From Octopus vulgaris (taxonomy: Eukaryota): a stretch of 64,000 bases of DNA. The DNA lies in the NCBI GenBank assembly GCA_951406725.2, contig OX597815.1:49104001-49168000 (forward strand). Reading direction: 5' to 3'. The position numbers were made by a program, and so were the translations under genes. Below the pieces are notes generated by a model. The model made no database searches and was not told the DNA's origin. It saw only the letters and a program-made list of their open reading frames with translations. Shown here one piece after another: positions 56,234 to 64,000 of the stretch. The number at the start of each line of letters is the position of its first letter. Position 1 is the first letter of the stretch.

Positions 56234-56544
56234 CCTTTCTACTATAGGCACAAGGCTAGAAATTTGGGGTAGGGGGATAGTCGATTACATTGAAACTCAC
56301 CACCAAACTCGATTGGTAATTTATTTTACCAACCCCAAAAAGTGAACCTCGGTGGAATTTAAACTCAGAACGTACAGACGGATGAAATTCCGGTGAGCAT
56401 TTTTTTCGGCAGTTTGCACATTCATTAGTGTAATCCCAACAATTAAAACAAAGTGCTCATCATTACAACTCTCACAGCCACCACTAACACCATTATTATA
56501 AATTCACCACCACTACTACCATCGTCAGTATTAAATTCTCAATT

Positions 56545-56748
56545 TAAGCGGCGAGCTGACAGAATCGCTAGCACTCGGGGCATAGCGGTATTTCATCCGT
56601 CTTTACGTTCTGAGTTCAAATTCCGTTGACTTTGCCTTTCATCCTTTCAGGGTCGATAAAATAAGTAGCAGTCGAGCACTGGGGTCAATGTAACCGACTT
56701 ATCCCTTTGCCCTGAAATCGTTGGCCTTGTGCCTAAATTGGAAACTAA
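56545..56748 (+). mobile_element. Old-tail SINE-A with a 16-bp TSD
   Basis: tattaaattctcaatt at 56529-56544 and 56749-56764. Confidence 0.9.
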
Positions 56749-57639
56749 TATTAAATTCTCAATTCCCTTAGTAGATCTCGTCGCGGTCTATTTTTTACAG
56801 CAAAACGAAACCCATCTATATAACATGGAATGTCTGACGACAGTATTGTACAAACAACAGGAAGGAAGATTTAAGAGATGAGAAAGAAAAAAAGTTAAAG
56901 AAAAGGAAAAAAGAAACCCCAACAAAATAGCATTAGATGAAAGAAAAAATAACTGCCATGACAAAGTAACTAAACTAAGCACAATAATGAAATGACTATG
57001 AAACGGTTTAAAACAACAACCTCAGAATAGAAAAGTGAACATGCAAAGAAAAAAATATGGAAAAAAAAAATTAACAAAAAATCTAATAACAAATGGGTAA
57101 ATTGAGCTTCAAATATAACCAATTACGTTATTTTCAACGCTTTAAGCCTGCGTCTGTTCCGTTTATCTCAGGAAATAATCCCAATTGCAAACAAAACTTC
57201 AGAACGTCAAAAGTTTTGTAATTGTGAAAGCCATCTTGCTCTCGCTTACAATTGATGAAACTACGTTTTAAACTCAGTTCGCTGTCGTATACAGTTTTAT
57301 ATACATTTATAGACTATATATAAATGTAAAATATATATATATATACAGTTTACATTTTATACGTAAACTATATATAAAATGAGTTTACATATAAAATGCA
57401 AACTCATTTTATATACAAGTAAAATAAGTTTACTTTTATATATACAAGTAAACTCATTTACTTGTATGTATACTAACTTCTTTTAACTAACTTTCCAGTA
57501 TATTTCACACGACATATATCATATACTATAATATGTAATAGAGAAAATTGGTTTTGTTCATTATGAATAATTTGATTGAATAATATAAGCCTTTTCATGA
57601 AAACTGCAGTTAAACATTGCCATAAGTTATCTCCGTAGC

Positions 57640-58020
57640 CCCAGTAGACAAAATGGAAAAGGCGTTGCCCCGGATGAAGGCGTGGGAGATGCACTGAAAC
57701 AATCACTCTGACTCTGGGGCTTGCACTTGCAGAGAGCCATCTCTGTCCCGGTTGCGGTGAACAGGGATATGGTCCGAGGGCCAAGAACGCCGGAGGTCTC
57801 CACTCTAAAATGACTCAACCATAAATCTGTCGAAGAGCGACTGATATTTAGACAGATTGTTTTTCTCAGCCTGACGAGCAATGGAGCCTGGGCTTGGTAG
57901 CTGACCGCATCAAGTTGCTGCTGGAGAAGCCTGCCAAAACGGAACGGTAAAATTGCCATACCGTCCGGCCTTTTACCATTCTCTCGGTCTAGTCCTGTGC
58001 GTTCGAGCTGAAAAGGAAAC
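57640..58020 (+). pseudogene. Possible degenerate non-LTR RT fragment
   Basis: NGKGVAPDE, and from 57870 EQWSLGLV..IKLLLEKPAKTER*NCHTVRPFTILSV*SCAFE. These resemble KAPGPDG and PKPGK..YRPISLLS..SKxFE. Confidence 0.4.
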
Positions 58021-58927
58021 CTGTAGCGCCTAGGTCACGCTTTATGATCTTGTTAAGGACGACATCGCGTAGAAGGTGGCCAGCGCTATGACGGCATAAC
58101 AATGGGTGGGAGCCGAAAGAATGCACAGTGGAGGCTGAAACACACCTTAGTCCCATCAATGACAGATTTAATACTTCTCACTGAAAAAAAAGCAAGTATC
58201 AAGAAGAGACTCTTGTCAATGGCTACAGTATACGGGCTACTTTCAGTTTCTGTCTACCAAATCCATTGGCATGGCCAGCCTGGGACACGAATTTCTTTTT
58301 CCCACGAGAGTTCCAGATCCCAGCAATGAACTCATTTGCATACAGCCAATCAGAGCTCACCTTGACCGTGTTGTCAAGTTAAAAACACACTCTACCAAGT
58401 AAACTCAAGATGAAGAATGGTGTTGTAAGTCGACCTATCGCCAAGTTATGCCAAGGAGACAAGTAATTAGATAGATTTGCATCTATACACATTATCGGAT
58501 TTTGTTAGGGCCCCATATTGTAAAGATGTGGATGGGGAAAACGTAGGTATAGGGTGATGTACTAGCAGCCCTCCCCGCTTACTGCTTTACAAAGTCAACA
58601 ACAACAAATAACTACGCAGAGGTAGCCATGGTTGAAACAAGAACAAGAACAACAAGCATTATTAAAGGAGAAAAGAAGCGCGGTCATTCCTTAACCAAAT
58701 GAGCTATCTTATCGCCCATCACTTGTTATGCGCTCATAAATTAGTTTGATAGATGAACTCTGGCTGTATGCAAATGTGTTTATAACTGAGGTCCGGAACT
58801 CTCGTGGGAAAAAAATTCGCGCCTGGGACTCTAGTAGATGACACTTACCTAAGGTATCACGCTGTGAGACTGAATTCAGAATCATGTGGTTTGGAAGCAA
58901 ACTTCTTGTCACACTGCCACCTATGTG

Positions 58928-59149
58928 TACGGGGTGGTGGTGCTGAAAAGTTCCTGGCTTTGGGTAAAAAATATACAAGAGCATCAGTTAATTATGATTT
59001 TATCTAACATAATCCCCTCTCAGATTCACCCACTTATTGCATCGGTCCTTTAGTTTTTCTAAGTCCTGAAGCGAACTCGGAAGGCTGAGCCTCCAGCCAG
59101 GCCTTTCACGACACCTTTAAAGCCAAGAACTTTTCAGCACCCCTTCGTA
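58928..59149. mobile_element. Mariner-type MITE (about 220 bp)
   Basis: TIRs tacg...ggtgctgaaaagttc(c/t)tggcttt at both ends, with TA flanks. Confidence 0.85.
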
Positions 59150-59456
59150 TAAAAATGTGCGGGTGCGCATGTGTGCGTGTGTGTTTGCGTGCGTTCCTAA
59201 CACTTTGTAATTAGGATAAAACGATACCATGAGGACGATAAAATGATACCACGTTTCATAACAGAGTCCAACAAAAGAATAAATCCCTGAAACCTTATAT
59301 ATCAAGCATTCATGTTCTATTTTCTAATTAACATCAGAAATGAATCAACTTAAGTCTCGTATTAAAAACAGGAATTAAATTAAATGCCGTTTTATTCACT
59401 TAATTACAATACATACATATCTATGTATGCATATATGTATGTATTTGCATGATGTA

Positions 59457-59800
59457 TAGGCGTAGCTGTGTGGTAAGAAGCTTGCTTCCAAGCCGCATGG
59501 TTCTGGGTTCTGTCCCACTGTTTGGCACCTTCTGCTACAGCCACGGGCCGACAAGAGCCTTGTGAATGGATTTGGTTTGTCTTTGTGCATTGTGTCATTG
59601 TGCGTGTGTTTATCCCCACCATCATCGCTTGACAACCGGTGATGGAATGTTTACGTCCCCGTGACATTGCGGGTCGACAAAGGGATGGAATAAGTGCCTG
59701 GTTTAAAAAAAAGGACTGAAGTCATTCGACTAAAAATTCTTCAAGGTGGTGTCCAAGCATGGCCGCAGTTTAATGACTGAAACTAGTGAATAAAAATCAA
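59457..59800 (+). mobile_element. SINE-B (degenerate)
   Basis: Family B head and tail. Confidence 0.75.
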
Positions 59801-59855
59801 AGATAAATAAAAAATAAGATAAATATCTGTCTGTCTATCTTTCTATATCTATCTT

Positions 59856-59908
<53 letters not shown>

Positions 59909-60331
59909 CCTACCTACCTACCTACCTACCTACCTACCTACCTATCTATCTCTATTTTTCTCTCTCCATATATATATATATAATTCTGCAGCGATGGAGA
60001 AGGTAACCTGCAGCTAAAATTAAAGTTAAACTCCTTCAATGTTATTGATTAGGATTTATTTTAGTTTCGACGACAGAAGCAATACAATATTTCTAAAATA
60101 GAATAAATCTATACAGGTGATTAACTTAAATTGGTTATGTCTGAGCCGACTCAGCATTTTGAGAGGTGGATAAATAAATAAAGAACAAATTATGACAGTT
60201 TTCATTTAATTTAACTGTCCTAAAAGTACAGGTGCGTTTCGAAATTTTGCTTTTGATCAGTTAGTTCTGAAGGCAAAGTGAGAGAAATAGGGTCAACATT
60301 CATTTTATATAAATATATATATAAAACATTC

Positions 60332-60362
<31 letters not shown>

Positions 60363-60371
60363 AAAACATTC

Positions 60372-60439
<68 letters not shown>

Positions 60440-60441
<2 letters not shown>

Positions 60442-60611
60442 AAGGGAGAATTCACGAAAAAAAAAAAAACAAAAGACGAAGACAGGTGGTGTAGAAAACA
60501 AACAGATGTATTAGTATAACGCTCAAGAATTGAAAAAGTCTTTTACGTTTCGAACCTACTCTCTTCCACAGAAAGGAACACAGAAAGAAACACGGAGAGA
60601 AACAAGGAGAG

Positions 60612-60614
<3 letters not shown>
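60440..60614 (-). mobile_element. Third copy of the TA-associated mini-element
   Basis: Reverse complement of 8281-8442; TA runs on both sides. Confidence 0.8.
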
Positions 60615-60662
<48 letters not shown>

Positions 60663-61407
60663 CTAATTATCTCTAATTTTGGCATAAGGCCAGAACTTTG
60701 AGTGAGGGGAGTCGATTGCCATTGTCCTCAGTATTTATCTGGTTCGTTATCGATCTCGAAAATATGATTGGGAAAGTCGACCTGAGCGACTGCTGAATTC
60801 ATAAAGTAAAGAGTCGGAAGAAATGTTGCTAAGCATTTTGTTCGACACGCTCTCCTGTCGTCATCACCACCACCATCATCAGTTTTCGATTACAAATTGT
60901 ACCTAGCGTCCGAGGACGATGACAAATACGTCACATATACCACTCTATCATTAATGTGCTAAGTTCATGAGAAATTGCAGCACTATTATCCCCAAACAGG
61001 GTATTTACCATTGTTTTGGAAGGATACTCAACACTTATCAACTTCAAGCATTAAACTCCATGCTTTGTCCGGAAGTCGTTCAGAATCATGACGAAGCTAA
61101 AGATTATCATTGCAGGATCCCAGCTCAAACATTTCGATTTCACTACCCGAAGAGATCACGTGTGCCAGGATGTCGGTATATGTAAGTTTGTTTGGAAAAT
61201 ATGAACCTTGATAATTTTCCCAACAACTTGCTGATGCAAGTGCTACCGGTTGAAAGCTCTGCATACCGGATGCTAGCAAGTTTATGGGGTCATTAGGAGA
61301 GAATGCACACCGTTCCAGGGCCTACCTCTTAACGGCATCATTGCGCACCAGCTCCTCTCACTGAAATGAGGTCCCGCTTGCTAGATCAACTAGCTATCAG
61401 GTTTCGC

Positions 61408-61696
61408 TCAATATTCTTGTAGCCATTGTTCGTCGTCACTTTTTAACCAAATCCACTGACTTGCCTTTTCCAAAGTAGTTTGAACATCACTCATGGTGGT
61501 ATTTACTTTATAATGAGTTAGGCCTAACGATAACAACAGTCACTTCACACTGTGTCCAACGAATTCTCTACATCCTACTTCGATTGGAAAATGCCCCATT
61601 TTCCAGCCTGCATGTTCACATTCCCCGAGGAGCTTCTCATAACGGTCAGTCTCGAATTACTTGCTTTCTGGAACGGTAGAACTTCGACCAAAATGT
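61408..61696 (-). pseudogene. HERO-like (R2-group) LINE restriction-like endonuclease C-terminus
   Basis: ILVE.TVP (frameshift), then DRYEKLLGECEHAGWKMGHFPIEVGCREFVGHSVK*LLLSLGL...EKASQWIWLKS..W*. This matches the KY-GW-P(I/V)EVGCRGF and AEKASxWxW motifs. Confidence 0.85.
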
Positions 61697-62681
61697 CTTA
61701 TATCATTGAATTCAATTCTTCCACATTTTATGTATGAATTCTTATGACAGCAACCACTAACTGAGACGATTTCACTTATCGATAAAAAGTCTTGCCTGAA
61801 GATATGTGACTTTCGATTGACGAGGAACTTCTAAAAGAACTAGCAAATTCTTCTAAAATACATATCCTGCCGTCTTAAAAGAAAAAGAAAAAGTGAGACA
61901 CTGTATAATGTTATAGAAAAAGAAAAAGAACCCAGATAGATAGTAGTGTTGGAGTGCTTTTTATTGTCATTTCCCGCTATCTCCGTCTGCGGTAGAATGC
62001 GCACTAACATAAGATAGTTGCCTCTATTATATGAATCTATGTTATTGGAAATACCTCATGTTAGTTTATCAGCCATACTTTGCCAGGCTGGCTAAAGGCA
62101 TGTTGGAAGAGGGCATTAATTTTGGAGTTTTCCTTCTCTTTGATTGCCTGCTTTCATCGCAGCAAAGGAAGCTCAATCTATCCTTACAAAAAGTATGTTT
62201 AACCCACTGATGTGACCCTCACAGATACTACAGTTCCGAGTCAGAACGGACCTGGGAGTAATGGTAACTAAGGGACGATTCCACACTTCCTACATTTCCA
62301 GAACACCTGAAGTGGAACATCACCAATGGATGCTGTTTAATGTCATATCCCTTACTCAATCAAATCTGTGCTAAAGTGTGAAAAATCCTTTGAGCATAGG
62401 TTGCTACGCAAGGTGAGCTGATCTAGGGCAAAACACCGACCCCGGTTCTTGACTGGTACTTATTTTGGTACCTTTTGGTTATCTCACCCCCATTAAAAAT
62501 ATTGGGTTATCTCCCCATGTTCTATGAAAAAATATCAGTACTTTTGATTATCTCCCCCAGCTAAAACATTGTTTAACCCTGAATAAAACAACAAAAAAAG
62601 AAAAAATTAATATACGTGAAAATTTAATAAATTAGTCATCTTATTGAATCTAATAACATTTTTATAACAAATCATACCATA

Positions 62682-62846
62682 CGCGCAGGAGTGGCTGTGT
62701 CGTAAGTAGCTTGCTTACCAACCACATGGTTCTGGGTTCAGTCCCATTGTGTGGCACCTTGGGAAAGTGTCTTCTACTATAGCCTCGGGCTGACCAAAGC
62801 CTTGTGAGAGGATTTGGTGGACGGAAACTGAAAGAAGTTCGTCGTA

Positions 62847-62919
<73 letters not shown>

Positions 62920-63120
62920 ATGTTTATGTGTCTGTGTTTGTCCTCCCCCCCCCAACATTGCTTGACAACCGATGGTGGTGTGTTTACGTCCCCATAACTT
63001 AGCGGTTCGGCAAAAGAGACCGACAGAATAAGTACTAGGCTGACAAAGAATAAGTCCTGGGGTCGATTTGCTCGACTAAAAAATGACTGAAACAAGTGAA
63101 AGATAAAAGAAGAAAGAAAG
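62682..63120 (+). mobile_element. SINE-B flanked by a roughly 70-bp direct duplication
   Basis: Family B copy; 62612-62680 is repeated at 63123-63192. Confidence 0.9.
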
Positions 63121-64000
63121 AGATACGTGAAAACTGAAAAAGATTAGTCATTTTATTGAATCTAATAACATTTTTATAACAAATCATGCCATGCCTATTG
63201 CGGAGGCCAATCATCATTAATGCGTTGAAGTATTGAATCAAAAGAACCTAAACCCTTTTAATCCAGTCTCTTATTGTCACACACTCAATTTTTTTAGTGG
63301 AGAGGTAACCCAATTTTTTAATGGTAATTTTTTAATGGGAAAAGTACCATTATTTTATCGACCCGAAAGGATGAAAGGACAAACTTCTGCAAGTCGATGA
63401 AGGTCGATGAAATAATTGCCATTCGAGTTCTGGGGTCGATGTAAGCCTCTTGTCCCTCCCCTAAATTGCCGGCCTTGTACCAAAATTAGAAAGAATTATC
63501 AGTCAGTTTAAAATGACCAATAATGAAAGACTTGGTTCCAGAGACAAATAAGATTAAAATTGTCAATAAATTCTTCCGCAAGTCAAATCTTATTTTGAAA
63601 TTCCTCGTTGGCTTTGACAATAACGATTTCTTACTTGGCACAACACCTGAAATAATATGTCGCTAGGCTCTAGAGTACATATGATACTGAAAAAAAAAAA
63701 AAAAAAAGAAATGGTCGGCGCAACACTTCTCAAAACAAAGAAGCGGGATGAAATCGGTTTCGAAACTGAATCCTGGAACTACTCTACTCTCCAGAGGAAC
63801 TTCGTCGTTACCCTCCTCCTCCTCCTCACGACCTCTCACCCTATGCCAATCAATTCAGGGACCAAATGTTATCTTTCTTTCACTACGTCACCTTTGCTAC
63901 ACTTACGTCTCTCGCCCTCCATTCCGCCCAATCCCTTAAGACACAACATAACTGGGTGTTATTATTATTATTAGTATCATTATTATTATTATTATTAGTC

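Noticed and set aside
62475-62560. Three ttatctc(c/a)cc motifs
   Set aside because: They are short and irregularly spaced, and could be chance or local slippage.

Overview
Eukaryotic, AT-rich, microsatellite-saturated DNA with no host protein-coding gene that I can support. It is probably intergenic or intronic. The combination of several tRNA-derived SINE families, Penelope debris and dense (TA)/(CA)/(ATAC)/(TAA) tracts resembles a coleoid cephalopod (Octopus-type) genome; this is inference. Almost all of the supplied ORFs are microsatellite or SINE artefacts. Recognisable elements: a disrupted Tx1/L1-type LINE (CCHC ORF1 and APE endonuclease, 42238-44550, minus), an internally deleted mariner, a mariner MITE, a non-autonomous Helitron, a Penelope GIY-YIG remnant, a HERO-type RLE LINE 3' end, hAT-like MITEs and about 40 SINE copies (my labels A-E). 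Three things stand out. (1) A 66%-GC, roughly 265-bp segment with many predicted RNA stems sits inside a SINE-A head at 982-1246. (2) One site inside SINE-A is used repeatedly: four tail-to-body array junctions, the Tx1 LINE 5' junction and the GC-rich insert. This suggests a self-targeting SINE/LINE system. (3) Several minimal hammerhead-ribozyme motifs occur in Penelope-like mini-elements.
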